Source: an uncultured Gammaproteobacteria bacterium (GTDB taxonomy: Bacteria > Patescibacteriota > Patescibacteriia > SBBC01 > CAIJZX01). From it: 64,000 nucleotides of DNA. The position numbers and the translations under genes were made by a program. The notes under the pieces were generated by a model. That model was not told the DNA's origin and searched no databases. It saw only the letters and a program-made list of their open reading frames with translations. Shown here in pieces: positions 49,113 through 57,517 of the stretch (the stretch's first letter is position 1; each line of letters starts with the position of its first letter). The DNA is taken from NCBI GenBank assembly GCA_964383765.1, contig CAYLHT010000004.1:3539-67538 (forward strand), given 5' to 3'.

Positions 49113-50817
49113 CGAGCTCAAAGGCGTCAGCCAGTTCGGCTTTCACATGGGTAACACCATGGCCAGCATCGCGGCCGAGTATCCGCTCCTGCACGACGTC
49201 ATCAAGGAGTGTGTCCAGAATGCACTGGACGAGGACGCTCGACAGATCACGATCGTCGTCAACCTGCGCACGCGGCGGGCGGCGGTGCGTGACGATGGGA
49301 ACGGCTGCAACCAGTCCAAGTTCGACGCGGCGCTGCTCCAGATCAATCAGTCGTCCAAGCTCAAGAAGCGGTTGAAGCTCGGCCGTTTCGGCAAGGGTTT
49401 GATCTCGCCGTTCGGCAAGGGCAAGTACTTCACGTTCACGTCGTGCCCCAAGGGCCGCAACCGCGACTACATCGAGTGGATGTTCGACACCGATGAGATT
49501 ACGCATCAGGCGCGGACCAACACCATTCCGTTCCGGAAGCGCACCGAGCTGATTCGCGGCCTGGAAGGCATCCCGCCCAAGGGGTGTGCTCTCCGGTGGT
49601 GGTCGACCGAAGTGGCGATCGAAGAGATCACCGAAGACCGGGTCATCAGCAAGGTCAACGGTGAGAGCCTCGTGTTCGACATCCTCAAGACCTTCGGCCT
49701 GGCGATGCGGTTGAAGCAGACCGAGATCCAGATCAAGGTGATCAACGAGGATGGTCGGGACTTCGAGCGGACGTTCACCGCCGACGAGCCCACCGGCCAG
49801 CCTCTGCCGGTGGTGGAGTTGGCGGACAAGGACGCCGGCATGGTCACCTTCCGACTGGCCGTCGCTCGGAAAACCGAGCAGGGTCGGCGCGGCGTGGTCT
49901 CGGTCGGCGAGACCGATGACCTCTACCGTTTCCGATTCTCGAATCTGCGGATGCAGGCGAACGAGTGGTTGCCCAAGGAGGCCTTCGACGCGCTGACGTC
50001 CGGGTTCTTCGAGGGTGAGATCACGGCCACTGGGGTCGAGCTGCAAGCCTCGCGCAAGAGCTTCAAGCCCGGCAACGCGGTGGTCGGGTTCTGCGCGGCG
50101 CTCGAGGAGTGGTACAAGAAGCACGGCGACGCGATCTTCACGGACTTGCGCGAAGAGCGTAAGGACGAGGAGTTCGTGGATTCGGCCCAGCGTTGCTTCA
50201 GTGTGCTGAAGGGTATGCTGGGGCTGCCGCAGTTCCGACACCTGAATGAGGTGTTGGATGCGGCCAAGTTGGGAACCATCGGTCCTGGGCACAGTCGCAA
50301 GGGTAAGCACATCATCGGTCAGCAACCGGTCGGGGCCTACGCTCACAGTTCCGAGCACCGGGCCGCGCCGGGTGAGTCGACGCGGGAGCGGGGGGAGCCG
50401 CGGCATGATCTGCCCAAGCATCACCCCTTCTCAGTCCTGAGCGAGAGTGGGCGCAAGCGGTCGATCGTTTCTGATGACAGTCTCGGCCTGCAGATCGTGG
50501 CCGTCGAACTGGACCAGGAGACGTTCTGGGAATACGACCCAACCTGCGGGCTGCTGAGCATCAACCATCTCTACGGCGCCTGGCGCCAGGTGGAGAAGGA
50601 TGCGCGGATGCGAGATCGTCTGATGCTGTTCGCCGCGGTCCAGGCGCTCTCGCTGCATTCCATGCCGGATGATTACCAGACGACCCAGCGCCTGGTGCTC
50701 AACGCCATGGTCGACCCGTATACGTTCACCCTCGTCAACGCCGAAGCCCTGTCGGGGCGGCGACGCGGACGGAGTGAACCGAAGCGGGCGGTGGCCCAGA
50801 TCAAGCGTAAGGCTTGA
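49102..50817 (+). CDS. GHKL-superfamily ATPase, MORC/Hsp90/MutL-like (HATPase_c_3-type)
   Basis: In-frame GTG start with an AAGGAGG SD 6 nt upstream. Bergerat motifs: N-box ECVQNALDED, G1 DDGNG, G2 GRFGKGLISPFGKG. About 571 aa from the GTG. An intrinsic terminator follows. Confidence 0.65.
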   Translation: MGDNELKGVSQFGFHMGNTMASIAAEYPLLHDVIKECVQNALDEDARQITIVVNLRTRRAAVRDDGNGCNQSKFDAALLQINQSSKLKKRLKLGRFGKGLISPFGKGKYFTFTSCPKGRNRDYIEWMFDTDEITHQARTNTIPFRKRTELIRGLEGIPPKGCALRWWSTEVAIEEITEDRVISKVNGESLVFDILKTFGLAMRLKQTEIQIKVINEDGRDFERTFTADEPTGQPLPVVELADKDAGMVTFRLAVARKTEQGRRGVVSVGETDDLYRFRFSNLRMQANEWLPKEAFDALTSGFFEGEITATGVELQASRKSFKPGNAVVGFCAALEEWYKKHGDAIFTDLREERKDEEFVDSAQRCFSVLKGMLGLPQFRHLNEVLDAAKLGTIGPGHSRKGKHIIGQQPVGAYAHSSEHRAAPGESTRERGEPRHDLPKHHPFSVLSESGRKRSIVSDDSLGLQIVAVELDQETFWEYDPTCGLLSINHLYGAWRQVEKDARMRDRLMLFAAVQALSLHSMPDDYQTTQRLVLNAMVDPYTFTLVNAEALSGRRRGRSEPKRAVAQIKRKA

Positions 50818-50839
50818 TCGCGAGCTACGTTCGAACCTT

Positions 50840-50872
50840 CCCCCGAGGTGTTTCTCGCCTCGGGGGGTTTTT
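50840..50872 (+). terminator. Rho-independent terminator after the GHKL ATPase gene
   Basis: CCCCCGAGG-tgtttctcg-CCTCGGGGG followed by GTTTTTCTTATT. Confidence 0.7.
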
Positions 50873-51251
50873 CTTATTCGGATTCTTGACACGGGCGGTA
50901 AGCTGTGATAAGTCTGTGGCGCAGTCATCGCTCGTTGTCAAACCCTCAACCCACAGGAGGTGGTCTTCAACGACCCGTAAGAAAGCGACACCCCCGGAGG
51001 GACCTGGGATTCGAGCCACCATTGCGGCAGTTCACCCAGAGTACCTGGTCCTCTACCCTGAGGACCGCTCACTCCTCCCGGCCGGCGAGAACATCACCTG
51101 TTCCCGTCGCAACTGGCGAGGACGACGCCCACCGGAGAAAGGGCAGGTCGTCATGCTGTCCGAAATCCTCCGGTACGCTAAAGGCTGGCGAACGCGATCC
51201 GCGCGTCCCGTCACCTTGGCAGACACAAGACCCAAGACGAAAGGGTAACTC

Positions 51252-52073
51252 ATGGCTCCGAAAGCCAAAACCGCCGTGCTGTCGTTCAAGCAGATCACCG
51301 TTCCGTTCTTCGTTCGCCGCGGACTCGACCAGTCCCGGGTGGACTACTTCGTCAACCTGTACCGGTCCGGCGGAGACGTCGAACCGATCCTGGTCAACCG
51401 GAAGGGCGAGCTGATCGAGGGCCGGCATCGCCTCAAGGCCCAGGAGGTGCTCAAGCGCAACAAGGTGACGTGCATGGTCACCGATATCACCGACCGGGCC
51501 AAGATGATCGAGCTCGCGATGCAAGCCAATTCCGGCGGCGCCAAGCCGATGTCGGAAGAGGACTACATCTACAGCGCGACGCATCTGCTCGAGCTGAACC
51601 GGCCCTACCGACAGGTGGTCAAGAGCCTGATCGGCATGGGCTTGCCCGACCAGTACGCCCGTCGGCTGGTGTCGAACGCCAGGGCCAACATCGGCAAGGC
51701 CAAGATGCGGGCGGCCGCCGAGGACGTGGTCGATCGCGATGTGCCGATCGCCGAGGCTGCCAAGAAGCACGGGGTGGAGGTGACCAGCCTGCGGTCGTCG
51801 CTCCGCAGCCGGGGTCGGGCAGCCACCAAGACCGATCGCCCGGCGACGATCAACTCCCTGCTCAGCAAGCGGTTCAAGGCGTTGTCGAGCAGTAATGGTC
51901 GCCTGCTCCAGGGCCTGTTCCGGTCCTACGAGGACGGCGACGTCAGCGAGAAGACGATCAAGGCCGCCCTGACGAAGATGAAGGAGCTGCACGTCAAGCT
52001 GGGCGTGGTCATCGATGACCACGAGAACCGCTTCGCGAAGCTGTCCGGTCGCCGGATGCGGCGGTCGGCCTAG
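51252..52073 (+). CDS. ParB/Srx/DGQHR-fold domain protein (ParB-like N-terminal domain)
   Basis: ILVNRKGELIEGRHRLKAQEV matches the ParB/sulfiredoxin GxxRxxA-type core (EGRHR). 273 aa. A downstream terminator follows. Confidence 0.55.
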   Translation: MAPKAKTAVLSFKQITVPFFVRRGLDQSRVDYFVNLYRSGGDVEPILVNRKGELIEGRHRLKAQEVLKRNKVTCMVTDITDRAKMIELAMQANSGGAKPMSEEDYIYSATHLLELNRPYRQVVKSLIGMGLPDQYARRLVSNARANIGKAKMRAAAEDVVDRDVPIAEAAKKHGVEVTSLRSSLRSRGRAATKTDRPATINSLLSKRFKALSSSNGRLLQGLFRSYEDGDVSEKTIKAALTKMKELHVKLGVVIDDHENRFAKLSGRRMRRSA

Positions 52074-52084
52074 CAGTGCAACAC

Positions 52085-52117
52085 CCCCCCGATGGAAACG
52101 TCGGGGATTTTTATTTT
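52085..52117 (+). terminator. Rho-independent terminator after the ParB-like gene
   Basis: CCCCGA-tggaaacg-TCGGGG followed by ATTTTTATTTT. Confidence 0.6.
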
Positions 52118-52545
52118 ACTGGAGTCAGCGCGACTGCTACCTGACGCACCCAACTATACAAATGCTGACTTGTTGCGCCGAGACCGGTGATTTGAACGTC
52201 AACAATTCCATCATCAGTCGTGCTCGGGACTCCGGCGACTTCAACTGATTCATTCGCCGCTAGAACTTCAAGCCGCTGCGGTCCATCAGTGTTTCGATAA
52301 AATTCTAACACCACAATTTCTCGCCGCTGCCCGCGATGAAGCCAAGAAAACTTTATATCCATTTCGGTCAAGGTATCCGGACCGAGGTTACGAAGTTCGA
52401 CCCGAATGTTCTCACCCCGCTGAATCTTCGACACCACAACATTCGGTCCCTGCTGTTGCTCATTCCGACGTTGATACCGATAGAAGAGCCACTGACCGAT
52501 CAGACCCAGTCCGGCACCGAAGATTAAGAGTCCGAGGTCACGCAT
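52111..52545 (-). CDS. Hypothetical protein with an N-terminal TM helix
   Basis: 144-aa ORF. No known domain. Confidence 0.4.
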   Translation of the reverse strand: MRDLGLLIFGAGLGLIGQWLFYRYQRRNEQQQGPNVVVSKIQRGENIRVELRNLGPDTLTEMDIKFSWLHRGQRREIVVLEFYRNTDGPQRLEVLAANESVEVAGVPSTTDDGIVDVQITGLGATSQHLYSWVRQVAVALTPVK

Positions 52546-52655
52546 AAGAAAAGTATAGCATGTTCTTCTTCACAGCCTGTCCACCAGGGCAGCTAGTGTT
52601 TGTCATTGATCACTTGTATACTGACCACCTGAATCGTTATCAGTCGTGAAAGGAG

Positions 52656-52859
52656 GTGATCGACATGGACGATATGCAAGAGATGATGGATCATCTCAAG
52701 TCGCACATGACGTATCCGGCAACCAAACAGGATATCTGGAATGCCTGCAATACGATGTCACACGTCCCAGAAGAACACCGTAAGATGTTCATGGACAAGG
52801 TCCCGGACGGCACGTATAACAGCGCAGAGGAAGTCATGCAAGCGGCCGGGATGATGTAA
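52656..52859 (+). CDS. DUF2795-like small protein
   Basis: 67 aa. YPATKQDIWNA resembles the DUF2795 signature. Strong AAGGAGGTGA SD. Confidence 0.4.
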   Translation: MIDMDDMQEMMDHLKSHMTYPATKQDIWNACNTMSHVPEEHRKMFMDKVPDGTYNSAEEVMQAAGMM

Positions 52860-52945
52860 GGTGTTGATGTCAAACCACCCCCGTAGATTCGGGGGTGGTG
52901 TTGTGTGTTGAATTGCTTATTCCGGACGGGTCGAACCTTTAGCCG

Positions 52946-55900
52946 CTAGCCAAATATCTGCCTAGCATGTTCGACGTCATCAACCCCCACCGACCAATCT
53001 AACCAGACCACCCGTAAATCGTTGACTGGGGCAGGCGGGGTCGTGTCAGGGGAGATAACGGGGTTGTTCACAATCATCACGACGGTCGGGGAAAAGGCGG
53101 AGTTCCCGGCGTTGTCGCGGGCAAGGGCGGTCAGGTCATAGGTACCGTTGGGAACTGAGTTGCTATCCCAGGAGTATACTAACTGTCCCGACCCAAGAAT
53201 TTTTTGTGAGATGGGTTCACCATTCAGGAAAAATTGAGTGTCTTTCACCCCGCTCGTGCCGAAATCGAAGACCGAGATTCTGAAAGAGACGATGCCGCTT
53301 ACTTGCGTTCGGTCGGTCGGAGAGTAAATGGTTGCAATCGGAGGATCGGTATCAATATTCCCGACATTGTTCACGGTTACAGAAATTGCACTCGAGGTAG
53401 TCGTGTTTGTACCATCGGTAGCGGAGGCGGTCAGCGTGTGTGTTCCATTTGAAAATGGGGTCGTATCCCAGTACTGAACATACGGGGAAGCGGTCAAGGT
53501 TGAGCCTAGTGGCTGGCCATCGACGTACACTTGGACCCCGGTCACGAGGCTATTATCGGCGGCGGTCAATCCGACAGCAACGGTGCCGCCGACGGTTGAG
53601 CCATTCGTCGGGGTAGTGATGCTGATCGTCGGCGGCTCTGTGTCGCCATTCGGATCAACCAAAACTCCATCCGAGGATTGGGTTGGGCCAATATTGCCAG
53701 CTGCATCAACGGTTCGAACGGAAACGTAATAGTGCCGACCCGACGTCAGGGTCAAGTTGTTCAAACTCACTCGCGTATCGATCAAGGCTTGAAAGGACTG
53801 GACGTCAGTTCCGCCCGGTGTCGTCCCGATCGCATACTGATACGTCACGCCAGACGCATCATTGACGACTTGCCAGTTCGCGGACAGGTTGGTCAGACTG
53901 TTTTGGACATCAATATCAGCTCCAGTCCCATCGTTCACAAATCCGGTCGCCGGGGGCGAAGTATCATCGACCAACACGCCACTCGACGTCGCCCGCGGAC
54001 CAGCCACCCCATTCAGACCGACCGAACGAACGGAAAAATAGTAGTGCTGACCCTCCACCAGGGCTAAGCCAGTCCGACTGGCATAGATGTTTTTTCCGAC
54101 GTCAGTATACCCCACCACATTCGTCGCGCCGGCCGTCGTACCGATGGCGTATTGGTAATGATCAAGCGTCGCCAGGTCCGGCGAATCACACCAGAAAGCG
54201 GTTAAGACTGATGGCGAATTGGTGGCCGAGTTTTCCGCGCCCCCGACCACGCCATCCAGCACACAATCCGGCGGCAAGGGGCGGCTGCCGGTCGTCAGCG
54301 GACCGGCCGGAGCTGGAGGAGTTGTATCGATAGTGACGCCGTCGGACCAGGTCATATAACTTGCGTTGCCGGCTATATCGATTGCCTGCACTCCAATCAA
54401 ATAGGTCGTCCCGGGTGTCATGGTTAAACCGGTTTGTGAAAACGACGTCTGAAGTCCGTTATCAGTTAGCGGGATGAGGTTGATGCCATCCGGCGTATCA
54501 ACTTCATATTTGTATTTAGCCACCCCAGTGCCATCATCAGTCACCGCATCCCAATTCCCCGCCAGCGAAGTCGTATCAGTTTGAACATCAATATCTTGGC
54601 CGGGTCCATCGTTGACGATGGCCGGGGCCAGCGGCGGGATGGTATCAAAATTCGGCGACGTCACGGTCACGCTCAGGCTGGTCGGCGTGGTTGAGTTGAC
54701 CGTGATGGTTGATCCATTCTTCGGATCAGTCAAGGACTGTCCCGGTTTCAACACCGAATCGACTTGAGTATTCGTCGGTTGTGGCGAAGCATCCAGTAAG
54801 TACGTATAGATGCCATTCGTGTCTAGAATCAGTGCTCCACCGAAGACCGCAGATAACCGGGGATCGCTCGCTGAGAACATCTGCCCATCAGTATTCAGAG
54901 TCACCCCGTCGGCCTGATACGGTTGCCGATATTCAACCGTGGTGTATTCGTTTTGGTCACGCTGAATTCGTAACAGTTTGGTTCCTGCTCCGGCTTGGTC
55001 GACTGGAGTGAGGGTCACGGTCTGACCCGGAGCATGGTTGTTGATGGTGATTGATTGGCCAGGAATCCAACCGGCCAAGTCTTTGCGTTCAGCACTAAAA
55101 TGTCCTTGGTCATAAATCTCATAAAACGGATCATAAATTTGCCCGCCCATCACATCGTAGGGATTTCCGTACTCGACATTCTGGCAAGTTGAATCGTAAA
55201 ACGTTGTGCCGGCCGGACACGATGTCCAACTCGCATGCCCACCGCCAACCAGGGTATGCCCAAGTTCGTGGTTCCAGATGTACTGAATTCGTTGTGAAGT
55301 TTTTGGCAGTTTCACCCAGATCGTATACATCGGAATCGTGCCTTCGTTAGTCGTGTAGTTGATTTGCCACGGCCAAGCCAACCCATCCCAGGCGCAAGAT
55401 TGATCCGTGGTTTCGTCCGGGTAGGCCTTGTACGGAACCAGGATGGCCAGGGTTTGATTTGCCAGTTGGCTGAAGTCGACATCAGGGTCAGCTTGGGTCA
55501 CCAACTGCTGGGCAAATTGCATGTAGGGGCAGGTATTACCCCGCGCCACCGGCACCTCGTACCAATCCCGATTGGTAAACTGCCATTGGTACTGCCCATA
55601 GGAATTGTCCGCGTAATAAGAATTGACGGTATTGGAAATTGTTTGCAGCGTTGAAAAATTTGGGGACCGAACGTCCGTGTTGTTGAAGTCGCCCATCAGC
55701 GTCAAGACTTTGGCGTGGCTTGCGGCTAGTGTTTGGGGCGAAGAAATGACGGATGTGATCGTTGGAGCTGAGGAAGGGCTGGTCTCAGTTTTTACGAGAA
55801 AGGCATCGTCTAGGGTGTAGCCATCAACTTGAAAGGTTGCTCCTGGTGTGATCACTGTCTTCGACCCTTCGACCCCATACACAGTGTATGTTTGATTCCG

Positions 55901-56455
55901 AGTTCGTAATAACAATTCATTCATTCCAGGCTGCTTGTCATCAACCAGATCTCCGTGCAGAGCGTGGATCTGTCCTTGGACTTTGGCTGCCTGCTCAACA
56001 CAGCCTCGACTAACGGCGGCTAATTTTCTCTCCTGGGCCGACCCGAACACCAATTTCTGGGCCGCTACCGGATCGCTCGACATCAAATCCCGCAGCGCTT
56101 GTTTCCGAGCTTGAGCGGCGTGTTGCAGCGCTCCGCGTTTGAATATTTTTCCGGCCCCAGCGGTTTCATAATCCGCGCGAGCCTCGAGAACTTGCTGGTT
56201 GAGGGTTTGTACTTGGCTCTCAGATAACGAGCGGGACGAGTTTGTCGAGCTGACCGATGAACATGTGACTGCGGTCAGATCTGGCACCACCGAAAAGGCC
56301 ATCCCGATAACCCCCAATCCGATGCCGAGAGAAAGCAAAATCACGGCCACTTCGGTTTTCTCGAGAACCGGAACCTGGATGGCTGTTTCGATTGTGGGTC
56401 GTTTCTGTTTGGCCATGATTTTCATTCCACGAGGTGGATTTTTTTCTCCGACCAA
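52946..56455 (-). CDS. Large (1169 aa) secreted/surface protein with an HExxH zinc-metalloprotease motif and tandem Ig/FN3-like repeats; TTG start
   Basis: N-terminal TM/signal anchor. WNHELGHTLVGGGH (HExxH) lies around residue 400. Two repeated about 100-aa modules (VNDGPGQDIDVQTDTTSLAGNW... and VNDGTGADIDVQNSLTNLSANW...). C-terminal tandem ~100-aa Ig-like repeats (TDPPIATIYSPTD..., TEPPTISITTPTN...). Confidence 0.6.
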   Translation of the reverse strand: MVGEKNPPRGMKIMAKQKRPTIETAIQVPVLEKTEVAVILLSLGIGLGVIGMAFSVVPDLTAVTCSSVSSTNSSRSLSESQVQTLNQQVLEARADYETAGAGKIFKRGALQHAAQARKQALRDLMSSDPVAAQKLVFGSAQERKLAAVSRGCVEQAAKVQGQIHALHGDLVDDKQPGMNELLLRTRNQTYTVYGVEGSKTVITPGATFQVDGYTLDDAFLVKTETSPSSAPTITSVISSPQTLAASHAKVLTLMGDFNNTDVRSPNFSTLQTISNTVNSYYADNSYGQYQWQFTNRDWYEVPVARGNTCPYMQFAQQLVTQADPDVDFSQLANQTLAILVPYKAYPDETTDQSCAWDGLAWPWQINYTTNEGTIPMYTIWVKLPKTSQRIQYIWNHELGHTLVGGGHASWTSCPAGTTFYDSTCQNVEYGNPYDVMGGQIYDPFYEIYDQGHFSAERKDLAGWIPGQSITINNHAPGQTVTLTPVDQAGAGTKLLRIQRDQNEYTTVEYRQPYQADGVTLNTDGQMFSASDPRLSAVFGGALILDTNGIYTYLLDASPQPTNTQVDSVLKPGQSLTDPKNGSTITVNSTTPTSLSVTVTSPNFDTIPPLAPAIVNDGPGQDIDVQTDTTSLAGNWDAVTDDGTGVAKYKYEVDTPDGINLIPLTDNGLQTSFSQTGLTMTPGTTYLIGVQAIDIAGNASYMTWSDGVTIDTTPPAPAGPLTTGSRPLPPDCVLDGVVGGAENSATNSPSVLTAFWCDSPDLATLDHYQYAIGTTAGATNVVGYTDVGKNIYASRTGLALVEGQHYYFSVRSVGLNGVAGPRATSSGVLVDDTSPPATGFVNDGTGADIDVQNSLTNLSANWQVVNDASGVTYQYAIGTTPGGTDVQSFQALIDTRVSLNNLTLTSGRHYYVSVRTVDAAGNIGPTQSSDGVLVDPNGDTEPPTISITTPTNGSTVGGTVAVGLTAADNSLVTGVQVYVDGQPLGSTLTASPYVQYWDTTPFSNGTHTLTASATDGTNTTTSSAISVTVNNVGNIDTDPPIATIYSPTDRTQVSGIVSFRISVFDFGTSGVKDTQFFLNGEPISQKILGSGQLVYSWDSNSVPNGTYDLTALARDNAGNSAFSPTVVMIVNNPVISPDTTPPAPVNDLRVVWLDWSVGVDDVEHARQIFG

Positions 56456-56611
56456 TCTTTATTGGGTTAGTCTATAGTGTACCACGACTACGGAGATCAC
56501 ATGAATTCGGTGTCGTCTTGGTCAGAACAGAATCATGGGGTCATCCCCGGGCTGGGATGATGCAAGAAAAAATCACCACCGACTCACCTGAGGCATAGTG
56601 GGTTGAAATAC

Positions 56612-56641
56612 TTGTCAACCCGACCGCTTATCAATTATGAT
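56612..56641 (+). promoter_or_regulatory. Sigma70-like promoter for tRNA-Pro (-35 TTGTCA, 18-nt spacer, -10 TATGAT)
   Basis: The -10 box ends 7 nt before the tRNA 5' end. Confidence 0.3.
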
Positions 56642-56648
56642 TGTCGTC

Positions 56649-56724
56649 CGGGGTATGGCGCAGTTGGTAGCGCGCATGCATGGGGTGCATGAGGCCGTGG
56701 GTTCGAGTCCCGCTACCCCGACCA
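56649..56724 (+). tRNA. tRNA-Pro (anticodon GGG), CCA encoded
   Basis: Acceptor CGGGGTA/TACCCCG, D-arm GCGC-AGTTGGTA-GCGC, anticodon stem CATGC/GCATG with loop ATGGGGT, T-arm GTGGG-TTCGAGT-CCCGC, discriminator A, then CCA. Confidence 0.8.
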
Positions 56725-56727
56725 CAG

Positions 56728-57090
56728 CTACTGATACTGTTTATCTTTGCCCCCTAGGTACAGATTAGTGTGCTTTGATTTGACGTCTTTGACCGGGAAG
56801 CGGGATTCATTCTTTTTAATCACGTTATCTATTGCCCGATCAATGTCGATATCCGAGCCGTTGGCTAACAGCGCGAGAAACCAGTAAATATCTCCGATGT
56901 TATCCTCTATTTCCTGTGCATGTTCTCGCATAACTTTTTCAAGCACTGCTGGATCCTGTTCCCACTTCACCACATTTCGAATTTCACCAATTTCTTCAAC
57001 AATGCCCAGCAGCAGATCTTTTGGATTGTGGAATTGTTTCCAATCTCGAGCTTGGGCAAAATTTTGAATCCGCTGTTGAAAGGTATTCAT
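56728..57090 (-). CDS. MazG-like nucleotide pyrophosphohydrolase domain protein
   Basis: EEIGEI and EDNIGDIYWFLALLA motifs typical of MazG-like all-alpha NTP pyrophosphatases. 120 aa. Confidence 0.55.
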   Translation of the reverse strand: MNTFQQRIQNFAQARDWKQFHNPKDLLLGIVEEIGEIRNVVKWEQDPAVLEKVMREHAQEIEDNIGDIYWFLALLANGSDIDIDRAIDNVIKKNESRFPVKDVKSKHTNLYLGGKDKQYQ

Positions 57091-57491
57091 AGTTTAGAAA
57101 AGAATTATTGAATTCAATATTTCGTCCTGGGCTCGCCTGTTCCTTCGAAACATGGCTCGCCCGCTTAGGCCGAACGCGCATGAAGCATCCTTCGACTTCG
57201 CTCAGGAGAGCGTTCATGCGCTACTCCGTCCGGCCTAAACCCCCAGCTCACCGCGTCCTTTACGATCGTAAGCGGGCTTGATTCCCAACGCCGAACTTGG
57301 CGAGGGACTGCTGCGGAACGATTCCGGCACTCACGTGAAGCACCCGAGCGTTGAGAAGCAGTGTGTTGGCCGCTGGGTCAGTTAGAGTCGGATCCCACGG
57401 GACCCGGCGATTCAACCGCCCAAGGACAGTGTATAGAACAACGATGAGACTGGGGACGCCCTGAGGATACAAAATTTTGTCTTTTTCCGCA

Positions 57492-57517
57492 AGAAAAAGC
57501 CGCCGTGTTACTGGCGG
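57492..57517 (-). terminator. Possible intrinsic terminator at the end of the membrane protein gene
   Basis: Minus-strand CCGCC-agtaacac-GGCGG followed by CTTTTTCTTG. The hairpin overlaps the stop codon. Confidence 0.3.

Noticed and set aside
49039-50424. 461-aa minus-strand ORF, and others (51069..52022, 50431..50928), antisense to the island genes
   Set aside because: Low-complexity Arg/Leu/Pro-rich translations typical of stop-codon-poor antisense frames in high-GC DNA. The sense-strand genes have SDs, recognisable domains and terminators.
52164-52175. 12-nt direct repeat flanking the island read as a definite att/TSD
   Set aside because: Only 11/12 identity and a short length. Chance occurrence cannot be excluded without statistics, so it is mentioned only as tentative support inside the island finding.
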